Program-made: the position numbers and the translations under genes
Notes under the pieces: generated by a model
The model's input: only the letters and a program-made list of their open reading frames with translations
What the model was told of the DNA's origin: nothing
Databases searched by the model: none
Part shown: piece after piece, positions 1 through 14,149 of the stretch
How positions within the stretch are numbered: position 1 is the first letter of the stretch
How the letters are laid out: each line of letters starts with the position of its first letter
From: Azolla caroliniana
Taxonomy: Eukaryota > Plantae > Polypodiophyta
Length of the DNA: 64,000 nucleotides
Assembly: GCA_043228905.1 (NCBI GenBank)
Contig: JBHGNT010000005.1
Location: forward strand, 5,518,001 to 5,582,000
Direction of reading: 5' to 3'

Positions 1-1712
1 AGTATCCCACCTAATTAGGGGATATATATTTCCTCCTTAATTGGGAATTCTTGTCATATTAGCAATATACTTCATGGGATATTTTCCCATGCAATTTGAG
101 GCCGGCCATTCTTTAGAGTGAGTTCCATATATTAATGCCTTTTGTGCATAAATTCCCATATTCATTTTTGCATGTCATATGATGAGAATAGGGATTAAAA
201 ATTCCAACAAGTGTGTTAACTAAGAATATTTTGACATCACTTGCACTTTAAATGTCCAAAGAAATGGGCACATCAACAACCCTAATTAAATCGTAGAAAT
301 CTAATGCATTATTACTCGAGACTAGAGGACCACATTAATTCACTAGGGGTGGCCATGGATATGTTGAGAAAACCAAAACCAACATGTATTAGTCGGAGTG
401 GTTTAAAAACTCCTATACAATTGCCGATTCCCACACGCTCACTCATTCAAAATTATTCCGTGAGCAATGTGAACGTGTCTTGAATTCATTTAATTAGTGG
501 CCCAATTAACATAGTAAGAGAGCTTATTAATTTAATTATATCACTAATTAAACCAACAAAATTGCTAAGTATACCTTATGACCAAGCCTATTTAAAAAGT
601 GAAGCAAATTTACAAAAGTTATGGACATTTTGGTCATATTTAAGTAGAGATGGATAGGGGTATAATAGAAATAAAAAAGCTTTAGTACTTTCGTGATTGT
701 AGGAAGAATTGTGAGATAACATTTGCATGTATGTATGGTGAACACTAGTTTGCAAGTGCTAACAAATTTGCAATTCACAGTGCATGGTTATGCACATGCA
801 CTCAACCTTGTGTATGCCTTCAGAAAACTATTCCAAGCATAGGAAAGCCCATGTGCTAATTAGAGCATGATTGTCACATGAAAAATGCAGTCAAAGTATT
901 CACATGTATGTGTGAGAAGTTACCTTAACTAGAGTCCTAATTTACATGTGACAATGAAAATATAGTTATGGTTTCTATGATTGATATAATTTTCTTTTCT
1001 GTTTTAGGGATGTGACATTAATGGTAGTAATACATAAATTTCTAAACCCTGGGGAGCTCTTGGTTTCAGTTGTTAGGGATGTGACCTTAATGGAATGGTA
1101 GTAATCCATAATTTTGTCAATTGTGGGAAGCTTTTGCTTTTGCTTGTTGAGTTACACAATACACCATCTAATCATGCGGGGAGCACAATCATGATAATCC
1201 CCTTGTACATGCATACCACATGGGTGGTGGCGTTGGTAGTATGTAAGGCATCTAGGGAGGTAAAAAATGTATGAGTTGGAGGCAAACAAACTTACATATG
1301 TTTTTTAAGTGTGGAGGCTTTTATGGACCACACATGTATTGCTCATAGTTCTTTATCTTTGACTTCAAAAAGAAAAGAAGTGCGCAAAAAGAAAATGAAC
1401 TATAAATTTTATTAGCTTCGATAGTATGCACAAACACATTGTGATGATTGCCAAAAGAGCATTGAGAATGAGATTAGGGTATTCATGCTGAAGCCAAACT
1501 TGCAATAATCTCTCGATGATACCCAATACGTGTACTATTGTATCAAACAATATGGTCCCTCTAGACACTCACAGACTACAATCTTATGGCCCCTTTCTAG
1601 ATTCCTAATATGGCATTATACATGACCCTCACTATGATGTATACATTCTTAATGGGAACAAGGGTGATATTAATACAAGATTTAATGTAGCTAGCTCTAA
1701 AACATAAATAAC

Positions 1713-1820
1713 CACATAAGATGGAACTATCGCGTCCCTACAGGGATTTGTACATAATAGTCTCATTTGTAAAATTTTATAACTAATGAAAGGAGTTTTT
1801 TTTGGAAAAAAATAAAAAAA
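1713..1820 (+). mobile_element. Extremely 5'-truncated LINE 3' end (same family as 4420-5366)
   Basis: About 100 bp nearly identical to 5251-5350 (cacataagatggaactatc...ggagttttttt), ending in an A-rich tail. Flanked by a near-perfect 15-bp direct repeat: taaaacataaataac (1698-1712) and taaaacataaattac (1821-1835). Confidence 0.75.
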
Positions 1821-2128
1821 TAAAACATAAATTACTAATTTTGAGAAATTTTAAAAAAACATAAATAACTAGATTTCATATTTATGATTCATTGTGTAGT
1901 ACTTTCTAAATGTGTGTGTGTACCACTAATTCCAAATTTGCCCCAAAAATTTCTAAATACATGCCATCTTTCTTTATGTGTAGTTAACCATAAGGTCACT
2001 ACTAAAATCCGAACCATGGTCCATAATATATAATGTGGGAACCCCACAACCCTCAACATATCCTTCATGAAGAAGAAATATGATACAATATTTACCCTAT
2101 GATTCCATGACCTATGTTGTGGAAATAA

Positions 2129-2773
2129 ATGGTAATTAAGAGGATTCATTTAAACATTGTAAATGGTGATTTGATTAATCACGCAGGAAATGGAGGATAT
2201 GATATCAAGAACGTGTCAATAACATCAACACTAAGAGGTTCATGTATGGGAGATGGACATGCGAATATTCAAACTTCACCACACTATGGATTCCCAATTG
2301 GTGTGACAATGGTAGGCTTGGTTGCTATGGTGACTTTGTTCTTTGTCGGCATGGCCGTGCTCATGTATTGCTATTTAAGGATTCTCTCATGTTCTGCCAT
2401 ACCACCTCATTCCACAACAATTTTAAGATCCTCACCAATAAATATTGTTCCAAATGTTGCTATGTCCACATCAGAAAATAATGGTACCGCACATCAATCT
2501 AATAATATTGAACAATTGTACCAAGGAACATTTATACCCTCACATGAACATAAGGTGATTGCAACCAATGGACACCATCCTCATTATCGTGACCCATCAA
2601 CTGATAATGTTTTCATCTTCATCACACCTCCAGGAAGCATCACTCCAAGCTTCATCGGATATCCCTCCCAACATTCCTTGAATTCGTCCTCAATTACCCC
2701 CCAAACTCTCCAACATGTTAATCTTCCCTTAGAAGAAGAGGATTTTGAGCACTCTACAAAACTGGTGAATTAA
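2129..2773 (+). CDS. Single-pass membrane protein, resembles the plant At5g65660-like family
   Basis: 214-codon intronless ORF; the real start may be the Met at 2246. It has a GFPIG motif, then a hydrophobic helix (VTMVGLVAMVTLFFVGMAVLMYCY), and a C-terminal ITPPGSITPSFIGYP resembling the VLMPGD.TP.FIA.P motif of that family (recalled similarity). Confidence 0.55.
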   Translation: MVIKRIHLNIVNGDLINHAGNGGYDIKNVSITSTLRGSCMGDGHANIQTSPHYGFPIGVTMVGLVAMVTLFFVGMAVLMYCYLRILSCSAIPPHSTTILRSSPINIVPNVAMSTSENNGTAHQSNNIEQLYQGTFIPSHEHKVIATNGHHPHYRDPSTDNVFIFITPPGSITPSFIGYPSQHSLNSSSITPQTLQHVNLPLEEEDFEHSTKLVN

Positions 2774-4419
2774 AATTAAAATTCTTTTACTAGTTCAAAC
2801 CTTGTCTATGTTTGTGCTACATTTACTTCACTCTTTTAAAGCTCTCCTTTTTTCTATGCCTATTTATTTATTCCCTTGTGCTTTTTTGGGAAAGTTTTGA
2901 TGTTTACATTCATCTAGATCTTATATACCCTTGCATTTGTTTATCCTTGAGGAAGCCCATAAACCAATGTAGCTTGAAAACTTGTGTTATTTATACATTA
3001 ACAAGTGCATTCAAGCCAACTTTCCATATCCCAAATACATGTACCCACATTTGTTTGAGCCCCCCGAATCAACAAATGCTAGAGCTAGATCTTGATTCAC
3101 AAGGGGGTGAAAATCTCTAACCGTGAACAATAGATAACTTCATCCATTTGGTGATATGCTAATGTAAGTAACATTTGGTGCTATATTTTTTATGGAAGTA
3201 CACGCGAACAAATTGCAATCCATGTGTTAGAATGGCAATATTTTATTGCATTGAATCTAGCGTTAAATTTTATTTATTTTTTAATCTCAATCTTCATCAC
3301 TGAAAGAGATGTTGTTCTAGATTTAATCTCAATGTTCATCACCGTCGCCAAGAACAAATACTGCTTAAGATGTGTAGGAGAGCTATCATCTCTGGTTTAG
3401 CTTCAATCTTGCTCTTATTATCCAACAAAAGTAATCGTGTATTACCATGTTACCTGATTTGATCTTAAATCACCATCAAGAAGGAAGAATGCTACATCAA
3501 GATCACAACAATGTTTTCCATTAGAACATATGCATTAATGCAACAACCTGTTTTTTCTACAGCTGAAAATCTCGAGTTAGAAATACACACAACTTTATCT
3601 TTCTCATCTCTGCTCAACTTAAAAAGACTCATTAAGACATTCTTGTGTTGTAAAGCAAGGTATAACATTGCACAATTTTGGAATCTAGCGTTAAAAATAT
3701 TGCATTGAAGATAGGTGCTATAAATGCATCCCGAATGGCAATTCAAAGGATGTTTTCCACAGAATACCACATAGTTTCCAACATTAGAAAAAACTTGTGT
3801 ATTAGCAAGAAGGCTAGGGTGTGAATTAACATTATCTTATTTTCCATAACAGGCTAATCGTTAAGATGATTATGAATAATCTCAAGTAACCCTTATGAAT
3901 GATGGTAGCGACGAGAACGATCTTAAGATATATAAAGGCTAGAGTTAATTATGGTTTGATGCATGTGTGATAATTTATAACTTAAGTTCTAGGAGAAATA
4001 TTATCATAAATACGCTCTGACATGTTTGGTTTAGAATATCAAAACTACCCTTAGAACGACTCAAGTTTATTCTTTTTCAAAACTACCCTAAGATGGTAAA
4101 AGTAAGTGTGAAGAGTGTTACTAGAGTTCCTAGTTCAAGAGAGTAAATGGCAAGATTACATCCTAATTAGTTACTGTAAGGTAATTAGTTTGCATGGCAA
4201 TGAACTGGTTTTCTCTAAGTATGTTGTATTATAATTAATTAATTAGATCTATGTTGGTTGCGTGCTTCACCATGCCTTCCCCATTTTTATTTAAGGTGCA
4301 TGCCTAGGAAATGTACCCGTTTGTCTTTCTAAAATTTGACTTAGGGAAGTTCTCATTCTCTTGATCCGATCAAAGTACAACCCGATTGACACATATGTAC
4401 TCATGAAAACACATGGTTA

Positions 4420-5366
4420 CGTAAGGTCAGTTGGAACCCTTTGCAATGGACATGGCATGATCCCTACACGGGGCAAGGAAGCAAACCCATCCCTTTCTTC
4501 CAATTCACAACTAGATTGGGTCGCCACATTCTAGCTGCTCAAACTGCCCGAGAGCTGGTTGCTGCGAAGGTCTGGCACACATTTCAAGTTCCTCCCACAA
4601 TAATCACCAAGTTTTGGCAGAAAATCTGGAAACAACAACACGCGAGGTGAATTACCACATTCTAATGGCTATTAATACATAAGTCCCTACCGGGTGGGAG
4701 CATGGCAACGTGGGAACCTTAGCTCTCCAAATTGTGTAGAGTGCCCACATGTAGTAGAATCAATACGATGCGCTCTGTGGGACTGCCCAACGTCCATCGA
4801 ATATGGCGGGGGGTTGGCCGCTTGTTGCAATCGTGCCAGGTGCAAGGCTCAATCAAGTGGGGAAATATATGTTGGCTATCATGGCATACCACAGTTGGCA
4901 GATACGAGCATCTAGAGGAGGGGATGACTTTGGTGATAAAAGCACAAGAGGTATTTTTCTCCTCCAGCGGCAATGTCCACTCCACTCCTCTTAATGACAA
5001 ATCTCAAGAGGTGTTGGAATTGGTCAACCCAATAACTCTTTGGATTCTATGGAAACAACGATGTAAGTGAGTCTTCTCCAACCAAACCGCACATCCAACA
5101 AGGTTACTGCAAGAGATATGGAGTGAAATTGTAGCCACTCTGAAGAGCCAAAATGATGGCCTTAAGGGCGGCTCTGATGGAGTTGAAAGACAACGAATAG
5201 CCTTCATCCAACAATGGTCGTCCTCTCCCTTTCTTGAGTCAGTGGGCATTCACATAAGATGGAACTATCATGTCCCTACAGGGATTTGTACATAATCGTC
5301 TCATTTGTAAAATTTTATAACTAATGGAAGGAGTTTTTTTGGGGAAAAAAAGAAAAGAAAAGAAAA
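4420..5366 (+). mobile_element. 5'-truncated, degenerate L1-like LINE (zf-RVT / C-terminal region)
   Basis: Broken frames read KFWQKIWK...WLLIHKSLP.GAWQRG...NCVECPHVVESIRCALWDCP...TLWILWKQRCK. Ends in an A-rich (GAAAA)n tail. Confidence 0.75.
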
Positions 5367-7317
5367 GGCATATGAAGTGTTTGATGAGCTTCCAAGTTTG
5401 GAATGCTATAATATAAAGGTCTTTAAAATGGGATTACCTTATAAAGAATCTTGCAACATTGTACAATATTTGATTTATCTCTTTTTTGAGTTATATTTGT
5501 GTGAGAGATTTATACATGGTGTTTGAACTCATAAAGTATGCTTCTCTATTTTGCATCCAAAACATGTTGCAATGGTTACATTTTCTCTTTTGTTTTGCTA
5601 CATGAGCTCACCATTCACATACTTCTCCACATGCCAATCATCAATATCACAAGAACCTCCCAAAATTATATGTGCCATGATTAATGTGGAGTTTGATGCC
5701 AATGAGGCATGAGATATGATTAACATGCATGTTCTTTGTAAGGTTGTGTTATAATTCCTAGCTCTTCGCTTTTGAAATTTGAAATTTACAAACCCAAAAC
5801 AAGAGTAGGATCACAATTTTTGTTTCTATTCTTTGTTCTCCTTTGTCTCTCTTCTTGATCCAATAGGCATATTTTGACATTTAGAAGATGGTAAAATATA
5901 TCTATCTATGCAAATATTGGAGAATTAGTGGTCAATAAGGAAAAATGTAGTATCAATTGACAAGTTATATTTGAACTTGTAGATTAATCAAGAATACCAT
6001 CAACCTCAATAAACTCTAAATTGGTCTAGAATTAGTCACAACAATTGGACTAATGTTAGATGATGTGTAGGGTTTGACCCCCTTAATGGGTCTAGAAACT
6101 GGATTGTTGAAGGAATTGAAAGATGGATTACAATTACTTTTATCACATGTGAGGTGGATTTCGGTAGTAATATTTTTTATGTCATAGAATGTTGCCTTTG
6201 CTTTAAATCCTCTCATCCCTCTTGTAGTTCCCCATCTGATGATATTGAAAATATGATAAACCTCCAACGTTGTGCATAAACCTCAAGAGGGTGTACCATC
6301 AGTGACACATGTTAGATGATATATGGAGTTAGAGCTCTTGGATTGATGAAGTAATTGAACTTCATATAGGTGCAATATGAAATTTAAGCATTAATAATCA
6401 TACCATTTAGGAATTAATAATCATTTAGGAATGTGGTGATTGGGCTCCCAACAGACCTACTACATCCACTATATATGTACATGGCATGAAGGCCATTTTC
6501 CATTCACAGCTAGCTGTAACATAAGCTACCACCACATAATGATTTGGTACATTTGATATCCCAATGCAGCATATTGTCTTAATAACGAAACGAGCTGAAT
6601 TTTTTTTCCATATCAATTTGTGTGGGTATTTTAGGTTCTATGGACAATCCAGTTCCAATCTGTATCAGACATTGACTTTTCCGCTCAGGCAATTCCTTAC
6701 ATGCTCGTTACGTTTTACACCATCTATACCACACCTCAGGCTTACCACTTCAGCAACCTTACATGCTCTTATGTTTCAAATGATATTCAGGACCATATAT
6801 ACTGCTCTTGTCTTTCAATATTTCTAGTCTTCAGACAGATGCTGTGATAATTTTCTCATAACAATTTGTGGATCCTTTCATCCGATATTGAAATGACCCA
6901 CAAAAAAGTTATGAGATTCATTGGTAATATCAGCTCATTCATAATGCATTGCAGATACTATGTGACTGTTTTGCATGCATACAACTTTGTAAAATATCAT
7001 TGATGAGCACATTACAAACAAGATTATGACACAGCTTGCTGGCTCAAATCACATCAACTCACCACAGCATCAATGATAAAGAGTGATACAAGGCAGGGCA
7101 GTCCATATTCAATTGCCCACAAGATTTTTGTATATGTACAAAGTAGATGTCTGAATACATTTGTCAAAAGTAGTGGTCAATTGTGATTGGATGGATTCTT
7201 GGAAGACTTGATTTGAATGCTCACATTAATTGGTCTCCAACCAATACCAATATGACATTGAACATCTCCAGGACACAAACTATACATATATGTATATTAC
7301 ATTTTATATACTTGGTA

Positions 7318-10300
7318 TTACATCCTACAAGAGCATTCTCCATCTTGAAAGCGATGTATGCAGAATGTATCTGATACTATAATCTCCCTAGTTTCTATTT
7401 TCGATATCAACTTAGATGTACAGTGACAGGTGTCACACATGCGTAGATTCTTTGACACTCTTATTGTGGTCCCAGGTGGGGTACAAATAAGCCCAAATGC
7501 AATTGCCAATTTTTCACAATGTCCACATGTACCTTCTTCCTTGCGAAGAGCTGTGACTTGACTCGTGACCTGATGACTATACTCTTCTTTACACATCTCT
7601 AGATTTAGTGATGAAAGCTTTGCATAGATGTTAGGGCTTTCAGGGTGGCCTCTATCACCGACAGTGAAACTATGCAAAGCCCCATCTATTTCTGTGAATG
7701 CTATTGCTGGTTTCTTCCAACAGAATGATTGTACTCGAAGATACTCAATCTTTGTTGCTTCCTGTGTTAGTCCAGCATTCTCATAAATACTTGATAGAAG
7801 CACATAGCCAGCAGCATTCTCCTTTTCCAGCATGATGCACCTATCAAAGCACCGTCTCGCTACATTTAAATCCACATGGTGCTTGCATGATGAAAGTAGC
7901 GATGTCCAGCCTATAGCATTATGCTGAAACGGAATAGTTTCTAGTAAGTCTTCAGCCTCATTCAAGTAGCCTTTTTGGCCTAGAAGGTCCACTAATAAGT
8001 TATAGTGTTCAAGCATGGGTGTAATGTGGTGATGCCCTTGCATGGAATTGAAGTGCAACAATCCTTCGTATAGAAGACCTCCTCTACTACATGCTGAAAT
8101 CAGGCATAGGAAGGTCACAGCATTTGTTTCCAATCTTAATTGAAGCATATCCTGAAACAACTGGAATGCTAAAGAGTAATCGCTCTGTTGTGCACACCCA
8201 GCAATCAATGCATTCCATGAGACAACTGTTTTTTCACGTAATCTATTGAACGTGATCCATGCATCATCGAGGCTCCCACACTTTGCGTACATATCCACAA
8301 GAGAGCTACCAACAAAACTATCAATATCTAGTTGCTTGTCAATAATATATGCGTGGATTTTCTTGCCATGCTCCAGAGCCACTATACTAGAGCATGCTCG
8401 TAAAGCACACAAGCATGTTATTGGATCTGGCTTCATTCCCAGCTTTTGCATATCTCGATAAAGTTCAAGTGCTTCTATGTTCTTTCCATGGTTTGTGTAG
8501 GCAGTCATCAATGTATTCCATGTTACAACATTATGGACATATAATCTATTGAATACTATGCATGCTTCTTCTAGTTGGCCACATTTTGCATAAAAATCTA
8601 ACAAAGTACTGCCCATGTACACATCTATGTTGAAACCAAAGTATATAACATGAGCATATACTTTTCTTCCTTGCTCTAAGGCCTCTTTATTAGAGCAGGC
8701 CTTCAAAGCACAGGTAAACAAGATGGAATCGAGATTGAAGTTTTCTTCATATATGCCCTCCAAGAGCCTCATGCCCTCATCTACACAATCAAGCTGTATA
8801 CATCCTTCAACAAGAACTGTCCAAGCTGTGACATCACGTTCTCGCAACCGTTGAAACATACAATAACCATGCTCCAAACTCAAACATCTAATATACGCAT
8901 TCATAAGTGTACGGCTGACCACAATGTCCACCTCAAGTCCGTTTTCAATGACAAGACTATGAACACTCCAGACATGTTGTATAGCTCCTATGCTGGAACA
9001 TGCTTTCAGGATACCAACGAATGTTACTTCATTTGGTTGGACACCATCTTCATGCATTTTCTCAAATAGTTCAAGAGCTTCCTCTGCCTGTCCATGATCT
9101 GCATATCCTGCAATCAGGGTACTCCATGTCACGACATTTGGGTTTGACATTTTATGGAAGACACATTGTGCATCGTGATAACTCCCACAATTCACATACA
9201 TGTCAATAAGTGCATTATTGACACTAATATCTGAGGCAAAGATGCTATCGACAATTAGTGTGTGAACCACTTTCCCATACTGTAATGCAGATATTTCTAG
9301 ACATGCTTTTATGACGCATATGAAAGTCACCTTGTCTGGTTCAAATTGAATCTGCATCTTTTGGAATATCTGAAGAACTTCCTCAAAAGCTCCATATTGA
9401 AGAAAGACTGTCATCAAAGAGTTCCATGCTACTGTATTTTGATTGGGTAGTCTCTCGAAAACGCACTTTGCATCAGTGAGATTTCCACATTTTCCGTACA
9501 TATTTATGAGTGCATTACCTATGTAGGTTCCCCATTCTAAACCCGATTCAATGATGTCAACATGAATCTTCCTTCCATTATCATATGCAAGAATATTTGT
9601 ACATGCTTTAAGCGCACATATGAACGTGACCCGGTGTGGTTTTATGCCTTCATATTGCATCTCATAAAAAAGCTCAAGAGCTTGCTCACTAAATCCATAA
9701 TCACAGTACCCGATGATGAGTGTATTCCACATTACAATATTTTCTTTTGGAAGTCTTTCAAACACAGCATATGCTCCTTCAAGGCTACCACATCTTGCAT
9801 ACATATCAACAAGAGCACATCGGATGTAATCATTATGCTCTATTCCAGTACCAATGATGAAGGAATGCATGTTCAATCCTTTGGCCATGCTTGAGCATGC
9901 TTTCAATTCAGACACAATTTGCCGATCATCTAATCTCTGCAACTCATTTAGATTTTCTATAGCTAACTCATCTTGAGTAACCTTGCATTTTTTGCAAAAA
10001 CATGTTTTCCAAAGAGATATAGTTGGATCAGGAAGTTTGAAGAATGCCTGGTGAGCTTCTAACAGACTTCCAAAGTGAATGAACATGTGGACTAATTCAG
10101 TTCCTAAATATTCATTCAATTCTAAACCCTTGCTTGCAACAAGAATATGTAATTTCCTCCCTATTGACAAATTTTTTTCATCCATGCTTCGTAAAAGAAT
10201 GTGATAGTAGACATCAAGCGGCACATCAATGCACTCTTGATCCATGTAATGTAGAGTTTTGATGGCCTCATTCAGGTCTTTTTTATTACAAATGCTACTA

Positions 10301-10321
10301 AAAACTTGCAATTGAAATGTC
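7318..10321 (-). CDS. PLS-class PPR protein with E domains and a DYW:KP-type deaminase domain (organellar RNA editing factor)
   Basis: About 1000-codon open exon with many P/L/S motifs (NALIDMYxKCG, VVTWNxLI). The C-terminus has WKKPAIAFTEID, CGHCEKLAIAFG, KNLRMCDTCH and CIHRFQDGECSCRM*. The ORF-track start is a TTG; a splice acceptor ttcataccag|G lies at 10322/10321. A candidate first exon is 11126-11048 (METLASC...QQ, AAG|gtatgt), but the exons linking it were not resolved. Confidence 0.93.
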
Positions 10322-11696
10322 CTGGTATGAACAAATTGTCACAAGACACGTAAACAAATATATTTTTATACAGAAAAGCATACACAAATTTCGTACATTT
10401 TTTAACCAATATTTTCACATTTATATGATTGAAGAGCAACAGCCTGGGGAATTAAAATATAATTGAATCAAAAGTAAAGTGTCACATGAAACGTAGTTGA
10501 AAACATAACAAAACTACAGATATTATATGAATAGTACCATGTATCTCCAGAACATGAATCATCAAGAAAAGCTGAACTTTTCCTTGCTGCAGGATTACAA
10601 TAATGCTGCTAAATAGGAGGGTAGTGGACATAAAAAATGAAATCAATTTTGGAAATGAAGATCTTGGCTCAAAAACTATGATATCATTTTTCACAGCAAA
10701 AAACCATAATAAATTTCTGGGAATTTACCAGAATACTCTTAGATTTGTAACAAAAATGAGAATACCCCTCATCCATCTGCAAAAATCTTCCGCTATACAG
10801 CGGCATTCTGGTAATTTCTGAAACTGGGGAGGAGGGGTATTCTCGTAAATATTTGAAACAGTTCCGTGTATCTTGGTATTTTTCCCATTTTCAAAATTAC
10901 CTCTGCAAGGATGTTCTGGGGGCAACTTTTCTGACCTCTTTCACAGTTCAAAAGCCTGAATGCTGTAAAGCGAGTTCATGGATTAGCTCACGTACTCTAA
11001 ACTATGCAAGATTTTAATTCAGACAGATGCGAGTAGCAACAACATACCTTGTTGGTCTGCCAGAGGAAAAGCCTGTGAACCCTGATGTGGTGGAATCAGG
11101 GAAGAACATGACGCTAAGGTTTCCATGGAACTTCCCAGAAACAACAAATTCTTGTGAACACAGTGTGATGATATATATATAGATATAGATGTCTGTTTTT
11201 GCTTGGATTTAGAGAAAGCCTCCTCCCCAAGTACCCTTGGGTTTCTCTTAATTTCCGATGTACCCCCCATTTGAGGAATGAGAGGGTTATGGATAGCCCT
11301 GGTGGTGGTAGCAGTAGCACTAACTAGCCTTCTCTTTGTCCTTGATGGCCTTCTGACCGAACCCATTCGGTTTTCGTTGAGCTATACATCAGAGTCGTGT
11401 GGACCGTATGAGACTCTGGTCACAAGTCTCCTATATTTGTGTGACATAATACCAGACTTGTCCTATCTAGTGAGAGCAGTGTTGGCAAAGCTCACTACGA
11501 GGATCGAGAAAAAGACATTGGAAAGTTGGGATGCATATTCTCATGTTGTCAGTAGTGCTCAGTGTTGCCTTTTGACGGCCAACATTGCCTGTCATGAGAA
11601 CGGTATTCCAGAATTTTTGCCCGTCAAATTGACGGTTTACCAAAAAAAATGCCCTTCAAAAAGTAAATACATCGAATATTTGTACGAAACAATATA

Positions 11697-12305
11697 TTAT
11701 ACCCTTCTATCCTTTGCATCTTTCCAAATTTCATATACACGATCCCATTGTATCTCTTCAATGTGTGGCACATTCAATGAGACTCGCATTAAATCATCTA
11801 AATGCTCTATATTCAATCGATTTCTTTTCATCTCTTTGATGAGATTTTGCTTAGAAAACCCTCTCTCACACGAAACTGTGCTAGACAGAATAACCAAAGT
11901 AGCTTGCCATAATTTCATCAAATGAGGGAAACTATCTTGCCAATCCTTCATTTTGCAAAACATACGCCAAGCTTCATGCATAGTATAGCCTTCACAATTT
12001 AAACGTAAAGTGTCAACAAACCTATAGAGTTCCATTTCACAAGCCTTTGCATCATGTAAAATTTGAGGACATGCATTGACATCAACATTTGGCTGTAAGT
12101 GAGAAATCAAAATTCCCAACCATGTCTTTGCTTTACTATCCCTAATCACATCATCATCTGCATAATGGCATGGGCTGAATAATTTTGCTGCATTGAAGAG
12201 GCTTAAGTCAGGGAATCTTGCATTTAGTCCATCAATAACATTTTGCACATAATTTTGAGATAGTTTAATACAACTTTCAAGTGATCCATCTATAAATGGC
12301 CTCAT
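11697..12305 (-). pseudogene. hAT transposase C-terminal fragment (hATC dimerisation domain, ZNF862-like)
   Basis: 202-aa frame with LVILSSTVSCERGFSKQNLIK..RNRLNIEHLDDLM. Truncated N-terminally at the junction with the ubiquitin sequence. Confidence 0.88.
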
Positions 12306-12309
12306 CTAT

Positions 12310-12758
<449 letters not shown>

Positions 12759-13955
12759 GCTTCATATTTAGGGTTTGGACTTTCTATGATGGTGTAGGTT
12801 GCATGCATGAAATTAGAGTTTTTTGTGTCTGGTTTTTCTTGCGGACTAAATGTATCCTGTTAGTTTTTCTAAATATTCAATTACTAGTGTTCTTTGCATT
12901 CCAGAGAGAGAGAGAGAGAGCTACCTTAGATGGGTGAGTAGGACTGCTGCAGGTGTTGCTGAAAGCCTGAATCTATGAGTAGACTGTAGCAGGAAACGAG
13001 CAACAAGCTTCGAGTAGGGATAGTTATTAGTGAGCACTGAGTTGCGAGCTTCCAGCAAGGTGCAGGGCTGAGGGAGCAACGAAGAAACAGGGGAAAAGGG
13101 GAGAAATGGGGGGAGATGGGGGAAAATGGGGGAAAGGGGGGGAAAGGGAAAGGAAGGTTTTAGATGGGGAAACGGGGCGGGGGAATTGGGAAGAAAAGAT
13201 TCATAATTTAAAGTCTAGACTCTATTAGTTTTTTTACCTTTTCGTTACACACATATGTGAATCTTTCAAATTCATACACTCCCAATGCAACTTGAACAAT
13301 TTGTTCCTACTACCTAGAACTATAATACTATTGTATTGGTCTTAGTAAAATTTGACGGTATTAGGAAATTTTAAGCCTTCATTTTTACGTTTTCATAAAA
13401 CATATGCCCGTCAAGATTGACGGTTTCATTTTTAAATTAACCTTCATATACGGTTAAATTTGCCAAAAACGTTCAAAACGGCCGTCAAAAGGCAACACTG
13501 GTAGTGCTTAACAATTTAACTTGTGCAATAGTTCTTTGTTGACTCTAATGTGTAGTCCTTGCGACTAAGCTCTAGATTTGCCTTGTCCTCAAAAGAGTTA
13601 ATGTCACCTTATAGGTTTTCCTTGCCATGATGTCTTCAATGTTGTAGGGACATCAACTAATATGTATAGATACATAGATATATCACACACACACACACAC
13701 ACACACACACCACAGAAAGTTGGGTCTCAAACCCTAAGACCTAGGGTTACTACTATTAACAACTTACCACTAGGGGTAACTAATTCCTAAAAAACAAAAA
13801 GGTTAAGATTCTCAATCTATGAGACAAGGCCTAGCCAAAAGCAAGGATTGAACTTGGGTTCTCATAAATTTATGATTTTTGATATATGACGTAAATCAAC
13901 ACTCCAATAGCAAGAGAAAAGATTAAGTCAAGCCTTGAACACAAGACCCAAGATT

Positions 13956-13990
<35 letters not shown>

Positions 13991-14149
13991 TGTGTGTGTG
14001 TGGTGCGGGATTAAGTTCACAGTATTTAGATCCCCAGAGTTCGAAATATTGTTGTAAGCTAGTCATGATGATGTTTTCTTTTGTAATGAAAGACATTACA
14101 GAGAGATAGATAGATATTTTTAGCATCCATAGAGAGGCCAATATGACCC

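Noticed and set aside
11278-11925. 215-aa plus-strand ORF with hydrophobic N-terminus
   Set aside because: It crosses the hAT TIR and is antisense to the transposase; most likely a chance frame.
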